Origin: Azolla caroliniana
Taxonomy: Eukaryota; Plantae; Polypodiophyta
DNA length: 64,000 bases
Assembly: GCA_043228905.1 (NCBI GenBank)
Contig: JBHGNT010000009.1
Span: 2,170,001-2,234,000 of the forward strand
Direction: 5' to 3'
The position numbers and the translations under genes are program-made. Shown here piece after piece: positions 39,117 through 51,860 of the stretch. The notes beneath the pieces were generated by a model. It was given only the letters and a program-made list of their open reading frames with translations, did not search any database and had not been told where the DNA came from. Positions within the stretch are counted from its first letter, which is position 1. Each line of letters begins with the position of its first letter.

Positions 39117-40301
39117 GACGAAAGGTAAGTGAACGAATTAGTTATATTTATAAGCCAAGAGTTCCAGTGTATTGTGCACGTGGGATACATACACGATAAT
39201 AGTGCGGCCATTTAGTTAGTATTCACACCCTAAGAATGTTCATAGTTCAATGCCAACGTCTGTTTTGATAAGAACGATTCAAGGGTAGGTTCACCAACCA
39301 TCTCCATGTTCATTTGTTTTTAGAGTTTACGATTTACGGTTTATGTATCAATAAATCACAACACCCATCCATCCATCTTCGAATCCTTTGTCCTGTGTAC
39401 GGATCAAGTGAGGAAAGAATAGAGATATTGCGTCAGCAATGTAGCACACGCAATAACGAAGAATTGCCTTCCAATTATACATAGAACGTTACACATACAC
39501 ACACGCAATCCATTTTAGTAAGGGTAGTGTTGTCCTCTTGAGTGATGCCATCATCCTTCAACGTTTAGGATTTGCTGCTAACAAATATGCTATTCATCAT
39601 CTCACTTACTTCGTGCAAATATTCCAAGGGGCTTGGTGCGTTCACGTCTTCTTGAAAGTGTATGTTGTTTCTAATAACATTTTGATGATATGGGTTGCAT
39701 GCGTGTGAATCTAATGATAACTTCTGAATGCCACCTCTATCACATTCAAACACGATAAACAATGTTCAAATCATACCCAATATAACGATTAAATTTATTG
39801 GCGATGGTATATAAATGATGCATTATAAGGGCTCTATTTTCTCCGTTAGTTTAGCTACTTCATCTTTAATGGCTAAAGGAATCACATGCAGATTGATTTC
39901 CATGACTTGCATAGGGATTATGTTCATGTTATCATTGATGAAGTATGGTTGTATGCATCGTGTTATCAACAAATACACACATGTTTATGGATTGTAGAAC
40001 CCACTAGGAGTAAAGGGGTGCCATCATACAACTTTTTTGTCATACCAAAGACAAAAAAACAACAAATATGTTTTTGTATTACAACTTCACGATGTGAGAG
40101 AGTTGCTTCCTTACCAAGGACAACTGGACCAAGGTGGGAATTGGGTTGGGGTAGGTGGGGCCTAACAAAGAGAATGCCCCCTTGGGCTCCTCAAGGTTGA
40201 AAACTTGAACCATGATGATACAATGTCAACCCTACCAAAAGAATAAGTCTTCAGATTTTCACACTCTACACATGCACACACACACACACACACACACACA
40301 C

Positions 40302-40680
40302 ACCAAACCAAACCGTTTAAGCCTTAAACTAGCTTGAGAGTTTTCAAACTTGAATCGAATCGGTTCCTATATTAGTTAAGGCTGAAATGCCCTAAATGGT
40401 TCGGTTCGACTTGAGCCTTGCCAAGCCAAGCTTGAGAGTTTTCAAACTTGAACCGAACCGATTACTAAACTATAAGCCTAAAATGGTTTGGACAAACCGG
40501 TTTGACCCTAAATGGTTCGGTTCGGTTTGAGCATTGCCAAGCCGAGCTCAAACCAGTTAAGGAGGTTGAAGCTTGAACCAAGCCGAACCAAACCTACAAA
40601 CCGTTTAAAAACGGTTTAACGGCTTGGTTAAAGCTTGAGCCGAGCCATTGTTGAGCTTGAACCGAGCCATTGTTGGCTCC
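40302..40680. mobile_element. MITE/hAT-like non-autonomous DNA transposon remnant
   Basis: Dense AAACCG/GAACCG/GAGCC motifs in both orientations, internal duplication, flanked by (CA)n tracts. No clear TIR or TSD seen. Confidence 0.55.
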
Positions 40681-40864
40681 TACACACACATACATACATG
40701 CATACCTATCTATCCATCTACCTCTCTCTTTGTCTACAAGACTACATTATATACTCATGTATTTCATGACAGGACGCGGAAGAGAATGAGCGAATGAATC
40801 CAATCTGACTAGACGAACAGAGAGTGAGAGAGAGAGCGAGCGAGCGAGCGAGAGAGACCGATAT

Positions 40865-41092
40865 ATGTCAACTGTGATTGTACCTGATCGGGTGCCTGAA
40901 GCTAACGAAGATTGCATAGTGCTTCGCGAAGCCTTTGCAGGTAAAGGAAAGGATGATCAATGTGTGTGTATGTATGTACACATCTAAATGTGTATATTAC
41001 ATATATGCATGCATATATATGTTGATGTATCTTCTGTATACATTTATATAGAGATGGAGCTTGATCCGAGAATATATACACACACACATCTA

Positions 41093-41130
<38 letters not shown>

Positions 41131-44100
41131 ACATATATGCATATATGTGTTTGCGTATGTTCTATATACGTATACACAGAGATGGAGGTTGATCCGAGAA
41201 TATATATGTGTGTTAAAGAAGATGGAGCTTGATAAGGGAAATTCATAAATACAGATATTATATTCACGGGATCAATCTCCAATCCTATATGTATGAATGT
41301 ATCCTCAGAAGACTTCGTCTGTATATATGTATGTCTGTATTTTAGAATTTAAGTGACATCGCTGAATATTTGTATGTATACAGTATGTATGCTCAGAAGG
41401 TATGTATGTATTTATGTAAGTCTGTGTATGTAGAAGTGACATATTTTGAAGGGTTTTCTTTGCTTGTTTTTGCAAGATATTGGATGTGACAAGCAGGCCG
41501 TGATTGATGTGGTCTGTCACAGAAATCAGGAGCAGCGTAGCAGAATACGCCGCATATACCAATCGAAATATGAAGAAAACCTTCTCCGACGGCTGAAATC
41601 AGAGCTTCATGGATACCTTGAGGTTTGTTACTTCCTTTAATATTTTTATCCTAACACCGATCAGTGTTTGGGAAAAATCTCTTCACTAATAGACCAACTT
41701 TTCTTTTCTGTATGAATAAAACACAGGCATCATGCGATAATATTGCCATTTATGAGACTTTAGCAAGAAAATTTATATATTTCTGTTGGTGTATGTTCTT
41801 TTCATAATATATTTCCAACCTGCAAGTTGAATTTGGCTCCCTTTATAGAGATTCCAACCATCAAAGTTATAACATCATTCCATCCATGAAGTAAGGAGAA
41901 TATCCCACACATTCGTATGGATCAAGTAGAAATTCTATACCTTTCCTTCCAATTTCTGCCCGTTCATAAATATTTCCAATCTACAAGCATAATGAGGGAA
42001 GGCCACAGATTCGTAGAAATTTCAAAATTTTTTGATTGGAAAGTTCAAAATTTCTTTTCATAAATGGAATAATAAGAAAATATCATGATAGTTTCTAGAA
42101 TCTAATAAGGAATTGGTATTTTTGTGCTGGTTTTTGTTTCATTTACAAGTAATTTCAATGGTAAATTCAGAAATTTGACCTGAGTTTTTGTGAGTGGGCC
42201 AGAATGCTGGCTTTGATTGATTAATCTGAAGTGCACTAAATTTCCCGCTAACTAAATGTCTATTTCTGGTCTTATACCACATTATATCTGTTTCAACACA
42301 CATATATACCTTATATAACTGCATAGTATTTATGCATGTACAAACCAGCTCATATTATACACATACATAATATGAGTTTTTTTGTACATGGGTAAATACT
42401 ACGAGAATCTGGTTTTATCTTGAGAGAAATGTATAATGTTCTAAGTGGTTTAAGGATAAAGAATTTCCTTACTTATAATACAGTTTGAACAAGTATTACC
42501 TTGAAAACATGTTTAAGTGCATTTTCTTTTGATGCATTTGAATGCTGGGCTCCAGTAAATCACATTCTTTTGAAAGTATCAGGTTTAATCAGTTTGTAGA
42601 CAGAAGTTTTATGGTAATGGAACGCTGCTGTCTACTTTGGTTAACAAGTTTTGCTGATAGTATTTGTTCACATGTGTGACATATTAGGAATCCAGACCTG
42701 GGGATTAATGCATCATAGACATGGTTGTAGTTATGAAGTGGCGTATGTGCTCTTTAATGATGTCATTTTGGTCATGTTTTATACAGAAAGCAGTTGTGCT
42801 TTGGATGTGTGATCCAGCCGAGAGAGATGCCACAATTGTCTATGATGCATTAAAAGGTTTATCTAAAGATACAGCAGCAATTACTGAGGTTCTATATCCA
42901 CGAACATCATCACAAATTGTGGAGATTATACAGGCATACAATTCTATGTTTGGACAATCTCTAGAGGAGGATATTGCTCTCAAAACAAGCGGTGACAATA
43001 AAAAGGTAACTTTTAGACAAAAACTAATTCACCACTTTGCCTTATTGTTCACAACATATGAATATTTTCACAAATTTCAGAGGTTTTAAGAATTTTTTTT
43101 CATCATTCAGATTCTGTTAGGGTTTCTACGTCAAGACAGATCAGATGTCTTAGAACCTGACATGTCAATTGCAGAAGCTGATGCCAGAGACCTTGTCAGT
43201 GCCTTTGTAAATAGGAATGCTATTGATAGAACTCCGATCATCAGAATTTTCAGCACAAGGAATTCAGTGCAGTTGACAGCTGCATTAGATACTTTAAGGC
43301 AAACGTATGGCCATAGTGCTGGGAAGGTGGATTTTCTTTATTATGAACATGAGATCAATATATGTAGAAGATTTCTGTCTCATGGATAGTGGATTTTCTT
43401 TTATTATCAGGTTATAAAGCAAACACTGCAAGGCAGTTTTCGAAGTTCTTTGATGGTTGCCATGAAGTATGCAAAAAATTCTGTGAACTACTTTGCAAAG
43501 GTAACTAAAGCATGAAAAAGCGATAGAGTTCACTATTTTGATGTGCCCCTTTCCTCTTGCATTATAAGAACTGAACCATTCATGAAACATTTTTGGGTTT
43601 TTTGCTATTCTATGTATGTAGTGTTTTTTCATATCTCTATTTATTCTTAAATGTTTTAATTAAAGCTGCTGGAAGATATGTGTTAGCATACTAATAATTT
43701 CTGAACGGCTTGCTTGAAAGTCCATAGTACAGCCACTTATGGATTAACAAGTCCATAATACAATGTAGGGAGGCGCCTTAAAATCTCTACATGGCGTTTC
43801 CTCTTCTCCCACCTTGACACTATTATAGATATGTTTCTTAATTGGTGACATCTTAAATGTTTGAATTTAAGAATAGCAAATTGCACTAACACAAATCCAA
43901 CATGTTTTGATGCCTACAAGAAAATGATGGAACACACCTGACCACTTGTTATCAACCCCATGCCATTTAAAGGTAGAAGGGAAATCACTTTCCACCAGTT
44001 TTAGTTATGAATTTGAAATAGAATGGAGCTTAGTGAGGCCTCAGCTAGTGCAGATTGCATCTGTACACCCTGTTCCAATCAGGAGATAAAGGATGAGAAC

Positions 44101-45515
44101 TTCTGACACTATGGTGTGAAGCATTCACGGTCATCTGACAATGCTTCTTACCATAAATTACTGATGCACCAAGTTAGCAACACCTACCCCACCTTTTGTG
44201 CACATATAAATAATATCTAATTAAGATTAGGAGTGATGTTAAGAAAATTTCATGTGGCTACACATAACACCATCTGCACCATGTAGCGCTCTTTTTGGGT
44301 TCATTGGGTTCTTTTCTGGGTAGGACAGGTTCCATGAGGTGTTAATCAATCATGTCTCTCCCTTTCCCATACCACCTTCTTATCACGATAGAGTTGATTC
44401 CTAATCTTGTACATGAGATATTTAGATGTATTACTAATTCATGTCATTTTGCCATTTAGACTCGTACATTTTGTTGTGCCAAGCTACCACACAAGCATTC
44501 CGCTCTATCTTGCTCTGGGAAAAGGTGTTTCTTGAATCTTAACACATCTGAGTACAGTTATTTTGTTCCCTACTCTACAATTCATATAAGCCCTTTTATA
44601 GTTAGATGTTAAATTCATCAAAATTCAGTGGTACCATCTCTACGGATTGTCCCTGTTTCTATGCTGTTTCTGCAATTCTTTCAGAAACTTTGGCTCAATT
44701 TTAATGCTAAATTGAGAGTTTGAAATTGTTGTATTTTGTATTCATCAAAATTCTTTCAGAAACTGTTTCTATGCTGTTTGTGCAATTCTTTCAGAAACTT
44801 TGGCCCTTTTATAGTCAGATGTTAAATTCATCAAAATTCAGTGGTACCATCTCAACTGATTGTCCCTGTTTCTATGCTGTTTTCTGCAATTCTTTCAGAA
44901 ACTTTTGGCTCGATTTAAATGTTAAATTGAGAGTTTGAAATTGCTGTATTTTAAAGGTAATTTTTGTATTCAGTTACAGAATTTAATGTTTATCACATAA
45001 CTCATGGGTAAATTTATACCTATTAACTTGGAAAGTATTTAACATTCTGAACCTGTTCCCATTTTCTGGGAACGTTCTGAGCATCAAAATACTCAAATAG
45101 CTTATCTAATGAAGAAAAAGGGGATGAGTTAACAATATAATTTGCTTAAATAGCACATATAATTGGGATTGCTGAAAGAATGCTGAAATGACATTTTTTG
45201 CAAGTCATGTAATACAAATAAATCTTGACTTCCTTGATACTGCTGTATTCAAATGAACAGACATTGTACCTGTCAATGAAGGGCCTTGGAACGGATGACT
45301 CAACATTGACACGAATAATTGTCAGAAGAGCAGACATTGACATGAGAGATATTAAGGCACATTTCGCTCGCAAGTATGGAAAGTCTTTACAACAAACAAT
45401 CACTTCGGATACTAGTGGTTATTACAAGACTTTCCTCCTCCTAGTTATTGGAACACAACAACATGAGATCCAATCTGGAAGTCTCATTCATCGGTTAAGT
45501 TTAATACGGAAGTAA
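40865..45515 (+). CDS. Annexin, about 333 aa; exons 40865-40940, 41477-41622, 42787-43005, 43111-43326, 43411-43500, 45261-45515
   Basis: Reads EDCIVLREAF, IGCDKQAVI...LKSELHG, LWMCDPAERDA and SMKGLGTDDSTLTRIIVRRADID (endonexin fold). GT..AG introns keep the frame, with the typical plant annexin exon pattern. Confidence 0.93.
44587..44955. repeat. Tandem duplication (about 200 bp x 2) in annexin intron 5
   Basis: GATGTTAAATTCATCAAAATTCAGTGGTACCATCTC...GCAATTCTTTCAGAAACTTT is repeated. Confidence 0.85.
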
Positions 45516-47561
45516 ATGTCACGAAAACTCTCTTATGCAGTCGGAAGCCTAAAATTTTCTTGTGTTCTATATATTCTTTTATATGGTATTCCTGTATAGT
45601 TATAAATAATCCGTCTACTTCATGGGTCACATGCAATAGAAGGAAGCATTCTTGTAAGAACTTGAAGCCAGCAGAATTAGTGTATAATTTATTTAATTGA
45701 TTTCAGTCTTATGCAGTTTTGAATGACAATTGTTGACATGCTATTTGTACATATATACTTCACATTATGGTTTATGCTATGTTGACATGCTATTATTTTG
45801 TAACATTTCTTGATCGAACAAACCATCAACAGTTACAGTTGAATAGGTTTGTATGGTCACTTATACTCTGGTTTTACTTTGTTTGTTTTGAGTTGGAGTT
45901 TCACCTCACTGCACAAAAGTCTGTTCTAGTAGTATTTGTAGTTTGGATATGAAATACAAATGGAAAAATTAGTGGAAACATTGTTTTGCCTTGTTGCCGT
46001 TCAACTCTACAAATGGATGCGATATTGCTACTAATTGATTCCATTCATCCATTTGAGAGTATGTCCGTATGACCTTCTAGGATTGGTGTTATCAACAAGA
46101 TGAGAAGAGCAACAATGTTAGATGTGCTAAAGAATCATCTAGGAGTTTAGAACTTTTACTTCCTTAATCCTTCATCTCCAAGACATCAGATGTTCTAATT
46201 GTTGTTTCTTTGGAAATACATATTTTAGATGGGTAACGTGAGAAGGTTATTTGATGTTGGATTGACATTTTTTCAGATATGTACTATTGGAATGAACTCA
46301 TAACTAATATAACAAACCTCTAAAAAGTGGATTGAAAGTAGAAGCTATAGAATCTATACCCCATTCAACCATCTTGCATGGAGTCCAAAAACCTAGATTG
46401 CACAAATCACCCCTAGGCTATCAACATATCCATACGATTTATGACTATTAATCACTATTGAGAGAGAAACATATACCTCAACTAAGCTTTGGTTGAGGAT
46501 AATGATCAATACTTCACATTTTGTTCATGGCAATTGCATCAAATGCCTAGAGTTCAGTGTTATATTTCTTATTTCTAGCTTCTTACAAGCCCTCACAACC
46601 TCGTGTGCTTGTAATAGACACTCTTTTATCGGGTAATTTTAATACATGGCTATAATGGATGGAATAGATGTGCACTTAGTTAGCTTCTTACTAGCATGCT
46701 TGATGGTTAGTTAGTGTGCAACATTTCCAAAGGCAAAGAGAGTAAAGTGCTTGATTGTATACAAACAACTACTTGAAGGCCACTTCGTGGGTGTGCCTGA
46801 ATGTTCATGACAAAATATAATGAAATAAATGGTCGGACATTGTGTACCTTGAACATATGGAGATTGATGGTAGTGTGGTGTTGACCTAATTTTAGAGGTG
46901 CTATATTGCTTGAAGTAAATGGCTTGGGCCATATTACCGATATCACTCGGCCAACTCAATATTTCATTTGGAAGTCAAGAGTATGCATATTCTCCCTTTA
47001 AACGTATAAAATACGCAATGGTAGTTATAATCACACCAAAAATACGACTCAAAAGATACCGTATGTATACGCTGAGAATGTATATTCTGCCTTAATTAAA
47101 ACGTATGAAATACATGCCGGTAAGGTAAAAATAACAAACACTCCAAAACATACGACTCAAACGATACTGTATGTGTGTGTATACGTCTTTCTTAAAAAAT
47201 ACGAAATTCCGTATATACGGTTTTTAGGGGTTCTCTGACGTTTTTCTTCGTCTTCTTCTTCACGGCGCGAAGAGAAGAGAAGAAGCTCTTGTCGTGCAGA
47301 GCTCTGCGTTCTCCCAGGTACTTCCCCACTGCGTTCTGTTGCTCATACATATAAGTATTTGTGTCTGTGTGCCTCAGAAAGCTTTGTCACAAAGCTGATG
47401 GCTTTAGCAGAACCTTTTCCTGGTCGCTGTTATCAATGATGACTAACAGGTGCAAGAAAGATATATTTCTAAATATTTAGAGGGGTTTTGTGGTATCGGC
47501 GAGTTTATAATGATCAATCGATGGTAGAAAGACCTTGAGAAAAACAGATCGATTCGTTGCA

Positions 47562-48323
47562 ATGAATCGTCAGCTTCTTCTTCTTCGCAGAGCGCCATTG
47601 TTAATGCTAAACCATGTCAATAAGCATTCACCATTTCCGTCATTATTATTACCATTAGAATCAGAATGCCAAGTCAAAGCATCCTCATTGTATGCATTTC
47701 GGCATTTTCATGGCACTCTACTGGCAAATGGAGTCGCATCAAAGCTTAATGAAGCTCAATCCGATGTATCAGAAGAGATTGTAGATCAATCAAGGAAACA
47801 AAAAGACAAAATAGAGAAACCAAGAAAACAAGAAGATAATGTTGACACATCAAAACCAGCCGATTTTAATCCTTCCACATTTGATCCTTCAGAGTCACGA
47901 AGTATTCCTTCTGAAAAAATTCTTCAAATTGTTGACGAAATTGCAAATTTGACTCTGCTTGAAGCCTCAGATTTATCTTATCTTTTGAAGAAGAAACTTG
48001 GTCTTCCTGATTCAGCTATGCCTTATTATGGAGGTATGGGCGGAGGTCAAGGAGGAGGAGGCCCTACTTCTTCTTCTGCTGCTGAAGAAGAAGAGAAAAA
48101 ACCTGAAAAGACCAACTTTGACATTAGACTCGAGAAATTTGATGCTTCTTCGAAGATCAAAGTTATCAAAGAAGTTCGAACTTTTACTTCTCTCGGATTG
48201 AAAGAAGCCAAAGAATTAGTTGAGAAACTTCCAGCAATACTTAAGAAAGGTGTCTTGAAAGAAGAAGCTGATCAAATCATCGAGAAGCTAAAGGCTATTG
48301 GAGCTTCGGCTGTTCTAGAGTAG
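47562..48323 (+). CDS. RPL12: Organellar (probably mitochondrial) ribosomal protein bL12 (L7/L12), 253 aa
   Basis: IVDEIANLTLLEASDL dimerisation region and KIKVIKEVRTFTSLGLKEAKELVEKLP C-terminal domain. Arg/Leu-rich presequence from ATG 47562. Probable 5'UTR intron at 47318-47449. Confidence 0.93.
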   Translation: MNRQLLLLRRAPLLMLNHVNKHSPFPSLLLPLESECQVKASSLYAFRHFHGTLLANGVASKLNEAQSDVSEEIVDQSRKQKDKIEKPRKQEDNVDTSKPADFNPSTFDPSESRSIPSEKILQIVDEIANLTLLEASDLSYLLKKKLGLPDSAMPYYGGMGGGQGGGGPTSSSAAEEEEKKPEKTNFDIRLEKFDASSKIKVIKEVRTFTSLGLKEAKELVEKLPAILKKGVLKEEADQIIEKLKAIGASAVLE

Positions 48324-49715
48324 CAACATGGAATCAAGTACTTTGAGAAATCATAAGAGAACCGTAAGCAAGTCTTGAGAGATAAAAAGGGTTTTGGAAT
48401 GATCGATGATCAAAATTCTGGATTAGGTTAGTAAGACATCATTTAATTGTTGAGGTTTTTCATGGATGCTTTTATGTAACATGTTTTCTACTCATTATGA
48501 TGATCATTGATGAGTAGTTTTTACTTAGCCTTTCATGTTAGCAGTGGAAATTACATAAATTGTGTGTTCCTTGTGCGGAGGGGATCGGATCCTTTGGAAA
48601 TGATTTGGATCCAGTTTTGCCATTAATAAAATTGCAAATATTAGCAAAATTTGTTTTGCTTCCTCTTACAATTCGATTTGATTTTTTCTTTACAATGTAT
48701 TATGCATTTGAATATAATGGGTATGAAATAAATCCATCATTCTTATACAAGGTATGACAATGATATAGTGTAATGTAGATGAAATGCCCAGAGAAGAAAC
48801 TAGTTATTCTGTTTTGTTCTATGTTCGTTTTTTGTTCTCTGATTGGATCTATGTGAAGTTTTATGGGGAGCCTACATTTTGATTACGTGTGTTACATTTT
48901 TTATTTAAATACTGGCTGTTGGTAAAATGGAAATTTTAAAGTTATCATTTGTCTTATGGTCTTACAACACTGGAAGGGATTTGGTGAGTTTTGTTTTTTT
49001 CAAGTATCTTTATATGATCTGGCTTGGATTTGTGTCTTTCTGATATTTATGATTTATGAATTTGGGGATATGCCACATGTGGCAATTATATTTGCCATTC
49101 ATAGGCAGTGCTTTGTAGAGCTTTCGACTCTGATATCTGGTTTGAACTTAAAAGATGATGTATTTATTCAATTGATAATGATAAACATAAAAAGCAAAAG
49201 CTTTCAAGCAGCAATTTAGGATTTGCTTTCAAGCAGCAATTTAGGAGTATTTTGTTAACTCATCTCTCTTTTGACAGCTTTCAAAAGAGAGATGATTAAA
49301 CTTATAATTGATGAAATAGCACATTCATATTAAAAGTGGACAAAATAACCATATAATTGCTCAAATAACTTTTTTTTAGGGTTGATAAAGGGCATTTGTG
49401 GAGATAGCAAAAACTAGGGAATAAACTAAAGCCCTGGGTAATTCTTGTGGATTTCTTTTCAAATAATACAAGCACATTAAATTTGCACAGTTGTAGACGA
49501 TCTTTTAGGTATGTTTTTTAATGGGGTTTCACATGTCATGTAGTTATAAACAACACATGACTGTCTTTGGCTTTGTATCTGCAGTGAGGAATTGTTGATA
49601 AGACAAAGAAATAGCCAACATTAGTGAATGAGTTCTCTTTACATTGCAAAAAAAAATCTTCATGTCATCCTCTTGAGTCTTGTTACATTATAGAAAATCA
49701 AAATATAACCAAAAT

Positions 49716-49920
49716 TTATGCATTTTAGTTTCATTCTGAATTGTAATTGATTCCTGAGTGATTATATTCTGTTAGTAGCATATGATGTGTTTTGGTGGGT
49801 TTATTTTTGCATTTCCAAAACATACGCATTTTAATTTCATTTTGAATTGTAATTGATTCCTGAGTGATTATATTCTGTTAGCAGCGTATGATGTGTATTG
49901 GTGGGTTTATTATTGCATTT
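49716..49920. repeat. Tandem duplication, about 107 bp x 2
   Basis: GAATTGTAATTGATTCCTGAGTGATTATATTCTGTTAG occurs twice. Confidence 0.85.
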
Positions 49921-50774
49921 GTATTTTACATCTGCCATTTGGATGTGTTTTGCAGCTTATTCTGACAATGAAGAAAATGTTCAGATCATGAGGGAATATC
50001 ATTGCCTTCATATTTTAGCTTGGAGCATACTTGAATTGAATTGATTTCTAGTAAAACGTACCTAAAGTGGTCATTTGACTATTTACATCTTTCCCTCACT
50101 ACATTTAGTGTAAGTATCGTCTTACAAGTAATTGTAGTGAGTGTTATTTCAGATGATAAATGATATACATGAACTCAAAATACTTTTAAGTTTTGACAAT
50201 TAAAGTGTCTTTAGAACAATCAATTAAATTTTTTTCACCGCCCTTACAAATCAGAGAATTTAGATTTTGGTTTGAGGTCACAAACATATAAGTTGCTTCT
50301 GATTATAAAAAAATGGATCATGACCTACAATACAATGCAATCAAATGAATTTACTAATGATGCCTTAGCCAAAAAAATGATACTCAATTTCATATAATGG
50401 GATAAAGGTCAAAAGTCTCTCGGGTGTTTTTTACTCAAACCATGTTTACATGAAGCTTTCAAAAGACAAATCATTAAATGCATGAAGATGGGATTCTTCA
50501 AGATCCATAACTGATAAGAAACAATAGGATATTATTTATAACTGATGAAAATATGACAAATGGGGTGCTAAAAAAGATGATATGAAGATTTAATGCAAAT
50601 TATCACATCATGAAGAATGGTATGATATCTGGTAGAAATAGGGATTATTTAAAGATGTTGCTTATATTCAATTATATGAGGCTTGGAGAGGTCATAAATT
50701 GTAGGGATATCAATGATTGTGAGAATAAGTTTTGATAAACACGTATATGTATAAATGACATGAAGATTTGACAC

Positions 50775-51032
50775 ATAGGGATGATGAATAAGGGTACTAC
50801 AAAGACCACTTCTTTCATTCAAATTATATACTTATGAAGCTTACAAAAGACATGAGGCTAGATGGAATGGTTTAGTTAGATACATACCGAAGAATGTGGT
50901 GATATAGGGATGATGAATAAGGGTACTACAAAGACCACTTCTTTCATTCAAATTATATACTTATGAAGCTTACAAAAGACATGAGGCTAGATGGAATGGT
51001 TTAGTTAGATACATACTGAATAATGTGGTGAT
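50775..51032. repeat. Near-perfect tandem duplication, about 129 bp x 2
   Basis: ATAGGGATGATGAATAAGGGTACTACAAAGACC...GTTAGATACATAC occurs twice. Confidence 0.9.
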
Positions 51033-51110
51033 CAAAACTCATGTTCCGATAGAATCCGGCAAAGGGAACTGAGATGTGATACAAAATGGGGGGATTCTGA
51101 TGACAAAAGA

Positions 51111-51674
51111 TCATTTAAGTTTGCAAGTGAAGTTACGGGGTGTGCGGATAGCACAAGTGGAGACATAGTTCCGAACAAGCGAAGAGGTGGAGGTACCGCC
51201 CACGGATATGAGTATCTGGCACATGCATGAAAGTGAGAGAGAAGTAACTAGGGACCTCATGCCTGAGCAACATAGTGCCGAAGGCTTGGATTGAAGACTG
51301 CCAGATGTCACACAAGGAAGAACAAAAGTGAGAGCTTGGTTTTGATCACTACAATAGCTTCCACTTGTCGGCATCGACAATGACCAAGGAAGGCTCCTTC
51401 TTTCGGAGCTCTTCGAGATAGAGCCAAGTGATCTCCTCCAATTACTACCACTAGTAGTGATAATGTGTGGAGATGATTTAGATGCCTCTTCACTTGAAGA
51501 AATTGGTACTGCATTTAAGACTAGTGGCCCTTTGTCACTACCATAATGGGTTAAATCGATGGTCGAGATCGAAGCAACATCACTGTCGATCAAACGGTTG
51601 GTTTCTTCGCGGACAGATGAGGCCCCTTCTACCACAACCATCACCATCACGAAGATCCACTGCTTGATAAACAT
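51111..51674 (-). CDS. Secreted nsLTP/prolamin-superfamily (8-cysteine motif) protein with a long N-terminal pro-region
   Basis: Hydrophobic signal peptide and a C-terminal C..C..CC..CxC..C..C pattern (YC...PC...LCC...CMC...TC...TC). CT-rich 5' region upstream. Confidence 0.8.
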   Translation of the reverse strand: MFIKQWIFVMVMVVVEGASSVREETNRLIDSDVASISTIDLTHYGSDKGPLVLNAVPISSSEEASKSSPHIITTSGSNWRRSLGSISKSSERRSLPWSLSMPTSGSYCSDQNQALTFVLPCVTSGSLQSKPSALCCSGMRSLVTSLSLSCMCQILISVGGTSTSSLVRNYVSTCAIRTPRNFTCKLK

Positions 51675-51812
51675 TGTTGTTATCCTTTGTACCTTTAAGG
51701 AGTTACTTGCACACCTTCACTAGAACCCCAACTAGTAGAAAAGAAAGAGAGCTGTCCTTTTCTTCCTTTCTTTGTTTTTGGTATTTATGTTTCTTCAGCC
51801 CACAGTTTTAGT

Positions 51813-51860
<48 letters not shown>

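Noticed and set aside
47535-47561. ORF-track start of bL12 at 47535
   Set aside because: The codon is TTG; the first in-frame ATG is at 47562.
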